A stretch of DNA of 61,618 nucleotides, filler included. It is 6 parts of 6 records of this genome, joined end to end, with 100 filler letters (N's around TTAATTAATTAA, not from the genome) between each part and the next. Parts side by side here need not be neighbours in the genome. Positions count along the whole stretch, not along the records: positions 8,756 to 12,440 come from SRR20825010_7027; positions 12,541 to 32,577 come from SRR20825010_7029; 4 more parts are not named here. One strand, given 5' to 3'. Below, in pieces: positions 10,088 to 19,807 of the stretch. The number at the start of each line of letters is the position of its first letter. The stretch's first letter is position 1. The position numbers were made by a program, and so were the translations under genes. Under the pieces are notes generated by a model. It was not told the origin of the DNA, made no database searches, and worked only from the letters and a program-made list of their open reading frames with translations.

Positions 10088-10789
10088 ATGACTATTGAAG
10101 CACCCATGGCTCGCAGTATTGGCCAACTAATGTGCGATACAACGCACGCCATACTATGGACGCCCGCCCGACAATGGGTTCGCGATCAACTCCCCGCCAC
10201 TACCCTGCTATGCCGTGTCGGCTCGGGCCAGGCCACTTACCATCGTTTTGACCCACGCCTGAAACAGCACCAGATCACCTACGGCAAGCGCATGATTATG
10301 GACAAACACCAGCCTGATGCCGTTGGCGGCTGGCTATCCGGGCGGGAGATTCGCCAGAGAGAGTATTTCGGGGGTACGGTCACCACATTGAACCTGCTGG
10401 CGCACACCTGTTGCCACGAATTTGCGCACCTACTCCAGCATGTGTCAGGCCAGCGCTACCGGGGCTCCGTCCATAATCAGCATTTCTACCGGATACTGGA
10501 CGAGCTCCACGCCAGCGGCGGTGCTGAGGCAGCCAGGCGTCATCTCGCCATCCAGGCCGAAAAGGCAGGGCTTTCCGTGCCCGACGATCCCATTGAGGCG
10601 CCAGATACACGCCAACTCATAGCGAACTGGACGATCGGGGATGCGGTGAGCTTTGGCGCCGGCAAACGTGAGCTGGAAGGTCGGATCATTCGGGTGAACC
10701 GGAAAACCTGCACCGTGGAGGGCACCGGGCGCAGCCGTGGCTTGCGATACCGGGTCCCCCTGGTTCTGTTACGCGCTCTCGCGGACTGA
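10088..10789 (+). CDS. Hypothetical SprT-like Zn metalloprotease with C-terminal SH3/KOW-like domain
   Basis: HEFAH (HExxH) plus downstream H...F; C-terminal IGDAVSF..GRIIRVNRKTCTV..YRVP. Confidence 0.65.
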   Translation: MTIEAPMARSIGQLMCDTTHAILWTPARQWVRDQLPATTLLCRVGSGQATYHRFDPRLKQHQITYGKRMIMDKHQPDAVGGWLSGREIRQREYFGGTVTTLNLLAHTCCHEFAHLLQHVSGQRYRGSVHNQHFYRILDELHASGGAEAARRHLAIQAEKAGLSVPDDPIEAPDTRQLIANWTIGDAVSFGAGKRELEGRIIRVNRKTCTVEGTGRSRGLRYRVPLVLLRALAD

Positions 10790-12440
10790 TAGCGCAAGCA
10801 GGTCGCGCAACTCCGGAATGCAGGACCCGCAATTGGTGCCGCACTTCAGGCTATTACCCAGGGCTTCTATCGACTGCGCCCCTTCAGCAATGGCACCGGC
10901 TATCTGGTTTTCCCCAACCTGAAAACAGCTACAGATCATGGCGCCCGGATCTTCCACGTCGACGTCCCGTGCAGCCAACAGCGCCCGGCGGCTGGAGTCG
11001 CAAAGTTCTGTTTCGGCAAAACAGCGATCCAGCCAACTGGTCTCCGGTATCAACGCCGGATCGCTGTCGACCATCAACACCGCTTCCAGTTGCCCGTTGA
11101 CCAGCCGGGCGGCGCGAAACCGCCCCTGCGCCACATCGGCCATTACCAGATGCGCTTTTCCGCCCAGCCACTCGGTCATCGCCGTGGGCCAGTCAATGGG
11201 TTGGCGCCCGGCCAGCCACCAACTGTCGCAGTAATGCAGTGGCACCTGGCACCAGTAGTCGGCCTGCCAGCGCCGCGGCCGATTGCGCCTGACCAGCAAT
11301 CGTGCATGCCAACGGGCGCGGAATGGCGTAATGTCGGCTCGACCGTGTTTGGCCTCCGGCTGGCCCGAAACAGGGTCTGTCACTGACTCGGTCAGCAGTG
11401 TTGCAACCCCACTGGACGCAAACTGTCGATTCCAGTGGATGGGTATAAATACCTCGCCACGACGCTGTTCGGGGCTCTTTCGGACTCGCCCCACGTAACC
11501 GCCGTCACCGAGGCTCAACCGCGCCAGATGCCCCTCCTTCAGCTGGTGCGCAACCATGTCGTCGGGATGCACGTCGACATAGGGCTCTGAGCGGTGGGTC
11601 AGTAATCGTGGGGTGTTGGCGGTTCGGGTCATGGTGTGCCACTGGTCCCGTATACGGCCAGTATTGACCACCATGGGGTAGTCGTCACTGGTTTGTTGGG
11701 CGGGCAATCGGGTGTTGATGGCGACAAAGCGGGCACGCTGGTTGTCGGTGACAAAACGGCCATCGGAAAACAGTCGTGTCGAGCCTTCAGTCTCCACTCC
11801 AGCGCCCTCCATAACTGGCCATTGCACCGGGATCAGCGCTTCATAGCCGGCATCCGAAAGGTTAGCCAGCCCGGCAAGGTTAAACAGGCGCTCACCATTG
11901 TTCTCATGGGCAGACAGGGCCGCGTGTTCACGAAAGATATCCGCGGGCCGCTTATAGTTAAATGCCTCGCCGAACCCCAGTTTTCCGGCCACGGAACTCA
12001 TGATCCACCAGTCCGGTTTTACTTCCGCGGGCAGGGGTAGGAAGCAACGCTGCCGCGAAATACGGCGTTCCGAATTGGTGACGGTGCCATCCTTTTCCCC
12101 CCAGCCAGCGGCGGGTAGGAGGATGTCCGCGAGGTCCGTGGTATCGGTGTGGGCGACGCAGTCTGAAACAATCACGGTGGGACAACGCGCCAAGGCCTCC
12201 CGAACCCGGGCCGAATCCGGCAGACTGACCGCCGGGTTGGTTCCCATGATCCAGATCACCCGGATATCACCACGGTGAACCGCCTCAAACATGTCCACCG
12301 CCTTCAGGCCCGGACCATCGGCCACCGCACCGGTACCCCAGAAATCCGCCACTCGTGATCGGGCTCCCGGGCTGTCGTAATCCATGTGAGCGGCCAGGGT
12401 ATTGGCCAGCCCGCCCACTTCCCGTCCACCCATGGCATTG
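10769..12440 (-). CDS. nasA: Assimilatory nitrate reductase catalytic subunit, C-terminal part
   Basis: Molybdopterin motifs (GEKDGTVTNSERRISRQR, NTGRIRDQWHTMTRT) and C-terminal BFD-like CSCF..CGTNCGSC. Confidence 0.92.
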
Positions 12441-12540
12441 NNNNNNNNNNNNNNNNNNNNNNNNNNNNNNNNNNNNNNNNNNNNTTAATTAATTAANNNN
12501 NNNNNNNNNNNNNNNNNNNNNNNNNNNNNNNNNNNNNNNN
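12441..12540. other. Artificial contig linker
   Basis: Same N/TTAATTAATTAA/N block. Confidence 0.99.
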
Positions 12541-13098
12541 ATAGACCTGATTGGCAACATAGCGCGGCCAGCCGTTCCGGTCGGCGGCGGCAAGCGACTT
12601 CATCACCTGCCAACCGGCGAAATTCGACACCCCGACATACCGCAGCTTCCCGGCCCGGACCAATTGATCGAGGCTCGCCAGCACCTCCTCGACCGGCGTG
12701 AAAGCGTCGAAGGCATGCAGCTGGAGCAGATCGATATGATCAACACCCAGACGGCGCAACGCAGCCTCAACGCCACCGATCAATCTGGCGCGGGAAGAGC
12801 CCGCATCGTTCGGACCCTCCCCCATCGGCAGCCCCATCTTGGTGGAAAGCAGGATATCGTTGCGGCGGCCCTTGATCGCCTGCCCGAGCACTTCTTCCGA
12901 GGCGCCGTCCGAATAGACATCCGCCGTGTCGAACAGATTCACGCCTGCCTCGAGGCAGATATCCACCAGACGCCGCGCCTCCTCGGCACCGGACGTACCC
13001 CAGTGACTGAACAAAGGTCCGCTGCCGCCGAACGTCCCGGCTCCGAAACTGAGGGCCGGGACCCTGAGCCCGGATGCGCCAAGCTGACGATATTCCAT
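12541..13098 (-). CDS. Aldo/keto reductase (3' truncated)
   Basis: MEYRQLGASGL, FDTADVYS.G.SEE, GKLRYVGVSN. Confidence 0.93.
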
Positions 13099-13130
13099 GA
13101 TGTTTCTCCTATACGTGATTGATGGGCTTG

Positions 13131-14306
13131 TTATTCAGCGGCCTGACGCACCGCAGCCGTCTGCCCGTCCGCTCTCATGGCGATGACGGCGATGACGATG
13201 GCCGCCACCGGAAAGACCGCCGAGGCCAGCGGCAGATAGGGCAATCCCGGGCCATGCTCGATGACAAGGCCGCCAGCCCAGGCTCCGAGCGCGTTGCCGA
13301 GATTGAAGGCGGCGATGTTGAGGCTTGAAGCGAGGCTTTCTCCGGCTCCCTGCGCCTTTGAGAGAACCCACGACTGGAGCGGAGCCACCGTGGCGAAACC
13401 GGCGATGCCGAGCAGTCCGACCAGCCCCACCGCCGCAACCGGATTGTGGATACCCGCCGTCATCGCCAACAGCACGAAGGCCAGCGATGCCATGGTGCCG
13501 AGCACGGCGAGCTTCAGCCGGTGGTCCGCCAACCGGCCGCCCATCAGATTGCCGATGACCAGACCGCCACCGAAGATCAGCAGGATCGCGGAGACCGCAC
13601 TGTCGTCAAAGCCGCCGATCTGCGTCAGCAAGGGGGCGATGTAGGTAAAGAAGGCGAAGACACCGGCAAAGCCGAGCACCGTCGTCAGGAATCCCATTAG
13701 CACGGGGCCGCGCGACACGGCCCGAAGGTCCGCCCGCCAGCCAGCGCCAGCCGGAGCGGCACTATTTCCGGGCAGAAGCGTGGAGAGCACAATCAGCGCG
13801 ACCGCTCCCACGGCAGCGACGGCCCAGAAGGTCGAGCGCCAGCCGAACTGCTGCCCAAGCCATGTGCCCGCAGGCACGCCAAACACTGTCGCCAGGGTCA
13901 GTCCCGTAAACATGATTGCGATGGCCGACGCCTGCCGTTCCTTTGGAACGAGACTTGCGGCGAGAACCGACCCGACGCCGAAATAGGTGCCATGGGCAAG
14001 TGCTGTCAGCACCCGCGCGGCCATCAGGAACCCGTAGGAGGGCGCCAGGGCACAGGCGATATTTCCCAGCGTGAAGATCAGCATCAGGCCGATCAGCACC
14101 AGTTTCCGGTTCCACCTGTCCGTCAGGACGGTCAGGACCGGCGCACCGATCACAACACCCAGTGCATAGCCGGAAATAAGCAATCCGGCGGAGGCGATAC
14201 TCACCCCAAGGTCACGGCTGACTTCAAGAAGCAGCCCCATGATAACAAATTCGGTGACGCCGATGCCGAAGGCACCGGCCGTCAATGCATATAGCGCCAA
14301 CGGCAT
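13131..14306 (-). CDS. MFS transporter (DHA1/AraJ-like)
   Basis: GIGVTEFVIMGLL motif; about 12 TM segments; start at MPLALY. Confidence 0.92.
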   Translation of the reverse strand: MPLALYALTAGAFGIGVTEFVIMGLLLEVSRDLGVSIASAGLLISGYALGVVIGAPVLTVLTDRWNRKLVLIGLMLIFTLGNIACALAPSYGFLMAARVLTALAHGTYFGVGSVLAASLVPKERQASAIAIMFTGLTLATVFGVPAGTWLGQQFGWRSTFWAVAAVGAVALIVLSTLLPGNSAAPAGAGWRADLRAVSRGPVLMGFLTTVLGFAGVFAFFTYIAPLLTQIGGFDDSAVSAILLIFGGGLVIGNLMGGRLADHRLKLAVLGTMASLAFVLLAMTAGIHNPVAAVGLVGLLGIAGFATVAPLQSWVLSKAQGAGESLASSLNIAAFNLGNALGAWAGGLVIEHGPGLPYLPLASAVFPVAAIVIAVIAMRADGQTAAVRQAAE

Positions 14307-14404
14307 GATTGATCCTGTCCACACAACTTCGATTGCCGGAACATGGACCCGATCTGTGTTATGATTTAGAGAGCCGTTGGGATAATCACTTGTGAACTGA
14401 ATTC

Positions 14405-15310
14405 ATGCATCGCGTTAACATCAACCGCACAGGCGAGATGGAAGTCTTCGTCCAGGTCATCGAGCTCGGCGGTTTCTCCCATGCCGCCCGCAGCCTGGGA
14501 ATGACGCCATCGGCTGTCAGCAAATTGATCACCAGACTGGAAACCCGTCTCGGCACACGGCTGCTGAACCGGTCCACCCGCCGGCTGGAATTGACACCGG
14601 AAGGCCGCGCTTTCTTCGAGCGTTCGGCAGCGATACTCGCGAATATCGAGGAAGCCGAGCGTCAGGCCGGGCATGGGGAGCAGCCCGCCGGGCCGATCCG
14701 GCTGAATACCAGCGCTTCCTATGCGACCCATATCCTCGCCCCGCTTCTGCCCGATTTTTTCGCCGCATATCCGGAGATCACACTGGATCTGGTGCAGACG
14801 GATATCGTCATCGACCTCTTGGCCGAGCGCACGGATGTCGCTGTCCGGGCCGGGCCACTGAAAAGCTCGAGCCTGATTGCCCGCAAACTCGGGGCCTCAC
14901 CGATGGTGATCGTGGCCGCGCCGGAATATCTTGAACGGGCCGGGGAGCCGAAGACGATTGCCGATCTGGAAGAACACACGCGTATCGGCTTCGGCTATGT
15001 CCGGCGCGTGACCGGCTGGCCGCTCCGCGACGGCGCGCAAATTGTGGAATGCCCGACCGGCAACATCATTCGGGCGAGTGACGGAGAAGCCGTGCGCCAG
15101 CTCGCGCTCAACGGGGTTGGGCTTGCCCGGCTGGCCGCCTTTACCGTCAGGGACGACATCGCCTCCGGCCGTCTGGTCCCGGTCCTCGACGCGTTTGACC
15201 CGGGCGAAAAAGAAAGCTTCCACGCCGTCTATGTCGGGCAAGGCGGGCCTGTCCCGGCGCGCGTCAGGGTCTTGCTGGATTTCCTGGCGCAGCGGGGAAA
15301 GGTCGCCTGA
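14405..15310 (+). CDS. LysR-family regulator (CrgA-like)
   Basis: N-terminal HTH (FSHAARSLGMTPSAVSK...LLNRSTR); divergent from the MFS gene. Confidence 0.95.
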   Translation: MHRVNINRTGEMEVFVQVIELGGFSHAARSLGMTPSAVSKLITRLETRLGTRLLNRSTRRLELTPEGRAFFERSAAILANIEEAERQAGHGEQPAGPIRLNTSASYATHILAPLLPDFFAAYPEITLDLVQTDIVIDLLAERTDVAVRAGPLKSSSLIARKLGASPMVIVAAPEYLERAGEPKTIADLEEHTRIGFGYVRRVTGWPLRDGAQIVECPTGNIIRASDGEAVRQLALNGVGLARLAAFTVRDDIASGRLVPVLDAFDPGEKESFHAVYVGQGGPVPARVRVLLDFLAQRGKVA

Positions 15311-15342
15311 AACCAGTCTCCACCGCGACCAGAACGCGTGGA

Positions 15343-16038
15343 TCAGGCGTAAGCAACCCAGCCGCGCCAGGTGAAAGCGGCATAGAACGGCGTCACCTCA
15401 CCGAACCCGGCGGCGCGCAGAACCGCCTCGTCCTCTTCCGGGGTGAGCAGACTGAGACTCCGGCTAACCGCGTCCCGCATGTTACGGACCTGATCCGGGT
15501 CAGCACCGGAGCCAAGTGCAAAGGCCACGTAGCGGGAAAGCCACCGGTCACGCTCCTCATCGCCTTGCGGAAAGCTCGCATGGACCGCGACAAAGGGCGC
15601 GCCCGGTTTCAGGCGGCGGTGTATCTCCGCCAGAGTGCGCCTGCGCTCCTCCTGCTTCAGGAAATGCAGGGTCAGCAGGCAGGCACCCGCGTCGAACGGC
15701 CCTTCCGGCGCGTCATCGATATAGCCCTCATGCAACTGCACCCGGCCGGCGAAAGGCGCGACTGTTTGCCTTGCAAGGTTCAGCATCTCGGATGCCGGAT
15801 CGACACCGTCAAACCGCCAGCCCGCATTCATCCCGGCAAAGGCCTTCAGCTCCAGCCCGCCGCCCGCGCCCAGTACCAGAACCCGGGCACCTTCCGGTGC
15901 ACGCTCGGCCAGCAGGATCGACGCCATCTTGTGTATGTCCGCAAAACCGGGAACGAAGCGCGGCGGACCCTCGGCATATCGGGCAACCGCATCCGGATCG
16001 GAAAAATGCCGGAGCAGTTCATCATCATCACGGGGCAT
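15343..16038 (-). CDS. Class I SAM-dependent methyltransferase (CmoA-like)
   Basis: VLVLGAGGGLE motif I; GVDPASEML. Confidence 0.9.
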   Translation of the reverse strand: MPRDDDELLRHFSDPDAVARYAEGPPRFVPGFADIHKMASILLAERAPEGARVLVLGAGGGLELKAFAGMNAGWRFDGVDPASEMLNLARQTVAPFAGRVQLHEGYIDDAPEGPFDAGACLLTLHFLKQEERRRTLAEIHRRLKPGAPFVAVHASFPQGDEERDRWLSRYVAFALGSGADPDQVRNMRDAVSRSLSLLTPEEDEAVLRAAGFGEVTPFYAAFTWRGWVAYA

Positions 16039-16492
16039 GGATCGTCTCCGGGTCCTGCGCGCCGCCGCGTGCGATCAGCCTGTCATGGAAATCCGCACTG
16101 AGATCAGCCAGCGAGACCTCACCGAGACGCGCCAGCAGAAGCGCCTCCGCCTCCCGGCAAGCCTGGTTCAGCGCCGCATTGACCGCCTGCTCAACCAGAC
16201 AGCCCGGCGCCTCGTTCCGGTTGCCCATCGCCAGCAGAACCGGCTCGCCAAGAGCGGCGTAGATATCCCGCAGCGTCACTTGCGTGAGATCGGCAGCAAG
16301 ACGCCAGCCACCGCCGCGCCCCTTTTCGGAGCTGACATAACCGCGCTCCCGCAACCCCGCCATGACCCGCCGGATCACCACCGGGTTGGTGGACATCGCC
16401 CGCGCCAGCACCTCGGACGTCACCGGTCCATCTTGCTCGGCCATGTGCAGCAGGACATGCAGTACACCGGAAAGTCGACTGTCTCTTTTCAT
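16028..16492 (-). CDS. Rrf2-family transcriptional regulator
   Basis: TNPVVIRRVMAGL..G.V.SEKGRGGGW; lacks the three-Cys Fe-S motif. Confidence 0.92.
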   Translation of the reverse strand: MKRDSRLSGVLHVLLHMAEQDGPVTSEVLARAMSTNPVVIRRVMAGLRERGYVSSEKGRGGGWRLAADLTQVTLRDIYAALGEPVLLAMGNRNEAPGCLVEQAVNAALNQACREAEALLLARLGEVSLADLSADFHDRLIARGGAQDPETIHAP

Positions 16493-16511
16493 GTAATTTT
16501 GATAGTTACGT
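16491..16511. promoter_or_regulatory. Probable Rrf2 autoregulatory operator
   Basis: Imperfect palindrome ATGTAAT-N7-GTTACGT overlapping the Rrf2 start codon. Confidence 0.5.
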
Positions 16512-16545
16512 TATTGCAGAGAGTCAACTCCCGAACATCCTGTCC

Positions 16546-17433
16546 CTAGAAGTAGCCCGCCGCATTCATGTCCTCGATGAGCCCCGGACCGATCGGTTCC
16601 CAGCCGAGCCGAGCCCGGGTCCGCGCGCTCTCGGCTGCCCCCTCCATGCCAACGAAACGGGCAAACCAGGTGAAATGCGCTTCCGCCTCCCCGGGGGCGA
16701 GGGACACTGCTGGCACGCCCAGGTGGCGGCCGATCTCTTCGGCGATCTGCCGAACCGGTAAGCCTTCTTCGGCAACCAGATGATACGGCCCGTCCGCAGC
16801 TCCCCGCTCGATGGCAAGGCGGAACCCGCGGGCCGCATCGGACCGGGAGACGGCGGCCCACCGGTTCTGCCCATCGCCGATATAGGCCGAGACGCCCTTC
16901 TCGCGCGCGAACTGGATCAGGAACGGCACGAAACCGTGGTCGCCTTTACCGTGGACCGATGCGGGCAGACGCACCGCCGCTGCCCTGATGTCGCGCTCGG
17001 CAAGGGTGGCGGCAGCGGCTTCCGAGGCTCGCGGATAGGCTTCGGTCACCAGATGCGGCGGGTCCTCTTCGGTGGCGGCGCGGCCAACTGCCAGAAACGC
17101 CGCCCCGGCCGCGACAAGAAGCGGACGGTCAGAGCCTTCAAGCACCGCACCGAGAGTCACGATGGCGCGGCGATCAATGGCGCAGCATTCCTGGAATCGC
17201 GCGAAATCATGGACAAAGGCGGTGTGAATCACGCCGTCAGCCCCGGTCGCGCCACGACGGAGACTGTCGAGATCTTCAAGGTCGCCACGCAGCACCTCGG
17301 CGCCCGTGGCGGCGAGGGTTTCAGCGCTGGCATCCGAGCGGGCAAGGCCGAGGACCTGATGTCCGGCTGAAAGCAGCTCCCGGACGACGGCGGAGCCGAC
17401 GAAGCCAGTGGCACCGGTGACAAAGACACGCAT
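16546..17433 (-). CDS. Atypical SDR / NAD-dependent epimerase
   Basis: [24 protein letters not shown]. Confidence 0.92.
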   Translation of the reverse strand: MRVFVTGATGFVGSAVVRELLSAGHQVLGLARSDASAETLAATGAEVLRGDLEDLDSLRRGATGADGVIHTAFVHDFARFQECCAIDRRAIVTLGAVLEGSDRPLLVAAGAAFLAVGRAATEEDPPHLVTEAYPRASEAAAATLAERDIRAAAVRLPASVHGKGDHGFVPFLIQFAREKGVSAYIGDGQNRWAAVSRSDAARGFRLAIERGAADGPYHLVAEEGLPVRQIAEEIGRHLGVPAVSLAPGEAEAHFTWFARFVGMEGAAESARTRARLGWEPIGPGLIEDMNAAGYF

Positions 17434-17528
17434 GGGGAAATCTCCCGTTGTTTGTTGACGGGAGCAGATATGACACCCTTAATATCCTATTAAAGTAGTG
17501 ATCTTATCCCATTATAAGAACTAACAAG

Positions 17529-18365
17529 ATGAGCCAGTCGTCACCCGCCGGAAGCAACCCACTTGGTGCGTTCCTGAAAGACCGCCGGGCGAAACTTGAT
17601 CCGGCCGGTTTCGGTTTTCCGGTGACGCGGCGGCGCACCCCGGGCCTGCGCCGGGAGGAGGTGGCCCAGCGCGCCAATATCAGCGCGACCTGGTACACCT
17701 GGCTTGAGCAGGGGCGCGGCGGTGCACCCTCCGCCGAGGTTCTCGGCCGTATCGCTGGCGCCCTGATGCTGACGGAGGTGGAGCGCGAGCATCTGTTTCT
17801 CGTCGGGCTCGGGCGCCCCCCGGAAGTGCGGTATCAGGAGACGGAAGCTGTGACGCCCCGGCTGCAACGGGTGCTCGATGCCCTGGAGCTTTGCCCTGCC
17901 CTGGTCAAAACCGCGACCTGGGACGTGGTTGCCTGGAACCGGGCGGCAACCAAGGTCCTCACCGACTACAGCGCACTTGCCCCGGAACAGCGCAACATCC
18001 TGCGCATCATCTTTCTCGACCCTCGCGTCCGGGCCGCACAGTTCGACTGGGAAAGCGTCGCCCGTTTCGTCATCGCCGCCTTCCGGGTAGATGCCGCGCG
18101 GGCCGGCGCCACCGGCAAAGTCGAAAGCCTGGTCGAGGAGCTCAGCCGTCTGAGCCCGGACTTCGCCCGGATGTGGGGCGAAAACGATGTGCGCAGCCAT
18201 GGTGACGGCCTGAAACGGATCCGCCATCCCATCGTCGGGCCGGTCGGTTTCGAATACTCAGCCTTCGCCGTCGACGGCCGGTCCGATCTCGGCATGGTGG
18301 TCTATAACCCGGCCACACCCGAAGACGCCGAAAAGGTAAGAACACTGCTCAGCGCTCCGTCCTGA
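17529..18365 (+). CDS. XRE-HTH/MmyB-family transcriptional regulator
   Basis: RRTPGLRREEVA..A.ISATWYTWLEQGR plus MmyB ligand-binding domain. Confidence 0.93.
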   Translation: MSQSSPAGSNPLGAFLKDRRAKLDPAGFGFPVTRRRTPGLRREEVAQRANISATWYTWLEQGRGGAPSAEVLGRIAGALMLTEVEREHLFLVGLGRPPEVRYQETEAVTPRLQRVLDALELCPALVKTATWDVVAWNRAATKVLTDYSALAPEQRNILRIIFLDPRVRAAQFDWESVARFVIAAFRVDAARAGATGKVESLVEELSRLSPDFARMWGENDVRSHGDGLKRIRHPIVGPVGFEYSAFAVDGRSDLGMVVYNPATPEDAEKVRTLLSAPS

Positions 18366-18383
18366 ACACCTGACCAAACAAAG

Positions 18384-18417
18384 AAAAAGGGAGCCGCGTT
18401 TCTGCCAGCTCCCCCTT
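18384..18417. terminator. Probable terminator between convergent genes
   Basis: AAAAAGGGAGC...GCTCCCCCTT inverted repeat with an A-tract. Confidence 0.5.
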
Positions 18418-18442
18418 CCCTGTTCGATATGTCAACGTCGGA

Positions 18443-19297
18443 TCAGATACCGGCGGCCTTGCTGCTCTCGATATAGACCTGACGCAGGCGCTGGGCGATC
18501 GGGCCGGGTTTGCCGGTGCCGATGGTGGAGCCATCGATCTCGATCACCGGGTTCACGAAGCTGGTGGCCGAGGTGGAGAAGGCTTCTGTCGCCGCCTTGG
18601 CTTCCGCCACGGTGAACGGGCGTTCCTCGACCTTCAGCTGCAGCTCGGCCGCGCATTGCAGGACCGACTTGCGGGTGATGCCGTGCAGGATGTCGGTGGA
18701 AAGGTCGCGGGTGACGATGGTGCCGTCCTCGGTGACGATATAGGCGTTGTTGGAGGAGCCTTCGGTGATCTCGCCATCCAGCACCATCCAGGCATCGTCC
18801 GCACCGGCGTCATGCGCCTGGTTCTTGACGATGGAGGCATAGAGCAGCTGCACGGTCTTGATGTCGCAACGGCGCCAGCGCAGGTCGTCGACCAGGATGA
18901 TCTTCTGGCCGCGCTCGGCCAGCGCGCTGTTGATCAGGGATTTTTTCTGCGGGAACATCAGCAGGGTCGGCTTCACGTCCGCGCCCGGGAACAGGAAATC
19001 ACGGTCGGCGGCACCACGGGAGATCTGCAGATAGATCAGCCCCTCGGTCAGGTCGTTCCGCTTCACCAGCTCGCGGTGGATTTCGAGCAGTTCCTCGTCG
19101 GTGGCAGGGGACGGCAGCTTCAGCTCCGCCAGGGACCGGCGCAGGCGCGTCATGTGGCCTTCATATTCGACCAGCTTACCGTCGAGAACCGATGTCACCT
19201 CATAGACGGCATCGCCGAACAGGGAACCGCGATCGAAGATCGAGATCTGGGCCTCGTTCTCCGGGACATAGCTGCCGTTAACAAAGACAGTACGCAT
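18443..19297 (-). CDS. dat: D-amino-acid transaminase (PLP class IV)
   Basis: Start MRTVFVNG (GAGG RBS); FDRG..FGDAVYEV, RCDIKTVQLL, EGSSNN, ILHGITR. Confidence 0.93.
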   Translation of the reverse strand: MRTVFVNGSYVPENEAQISIFDRGSLFGDAVYEVTSVLDGKLVEYEGHMTRLRRSLAELKLPSPATDEELLEIHRELVKRNDLTEGLIYLQISRGAADRDFLFPGADVKPTLLMFPQKKSLINSALAERGQKIILVDDLRWRRCDIKTVQLLYASIVKNQAHDAGADDAWMVLDGEITEGSSNNAYIVTEDGTIVTRDLSTDILHGITRKSVLQCAAELQLKVEERPFTVAEAKAATEAFSTSATSFVNPVIEIDGSTIGTGKPGPIAQRLRQVYIESSKAAGI

Positions 19298-19807
19298 TCT
19301 GTAAACCTCAAGAACCGGGTGGCGGATCGGGGGCCGATCCTTGGATATGAAACGGGCTGGGGATCTGCGCTTGTGCGCGGCCATCATGCCTTTCGGCGAG
19401 GCCCCGGCCCACGGGGACGTCCCGGAGGCCCCGAAAGGCCAGCGAGACTTCGACCATACACCGCAGCCGGGCTGCAAAACCAGCCCTGTTTGCACTGCAA
19501 AACGAAGACGGCACGAGCTGTTCGGAGCCAACCTTTTTCGACAAAAAACCGTAGCCGTCCGGCGGCACGCCCCCTAAGCTTGGAATGTCCGTTTCCGACG
19601 GCATCCGCTGCCAGCCCACCTGCCAGCCGGCGATGCCTGTTTTAATGTCGATGACGGTCTCAACCGAACGATCAGAAATTTTCCGGCGCGGGCGCGACGG
19701 AAAATCAGAGCCCGGACGTTAGAGCTTTATGTCCCAATTGTTTTGCCTGCGGTCCATGCCTGTTCAGCCACCCGCCGGCAAATATCAATGTTCAGCCGAT
19801 TGGTAGA

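Noticed and set aside
14338-14360. GGAAC...GTT as a sixth EcfG promoter
   Set aside because: Spacing too short and no CGTT.
18443-19531. Long N-terminal extensions in the ORF track (dat, AraC, hcp, OmpA, SIP, capsid)
   Set aside because: Downstream starts have RBSs and match family N-termini; the extensions overlap promoters or other genes.
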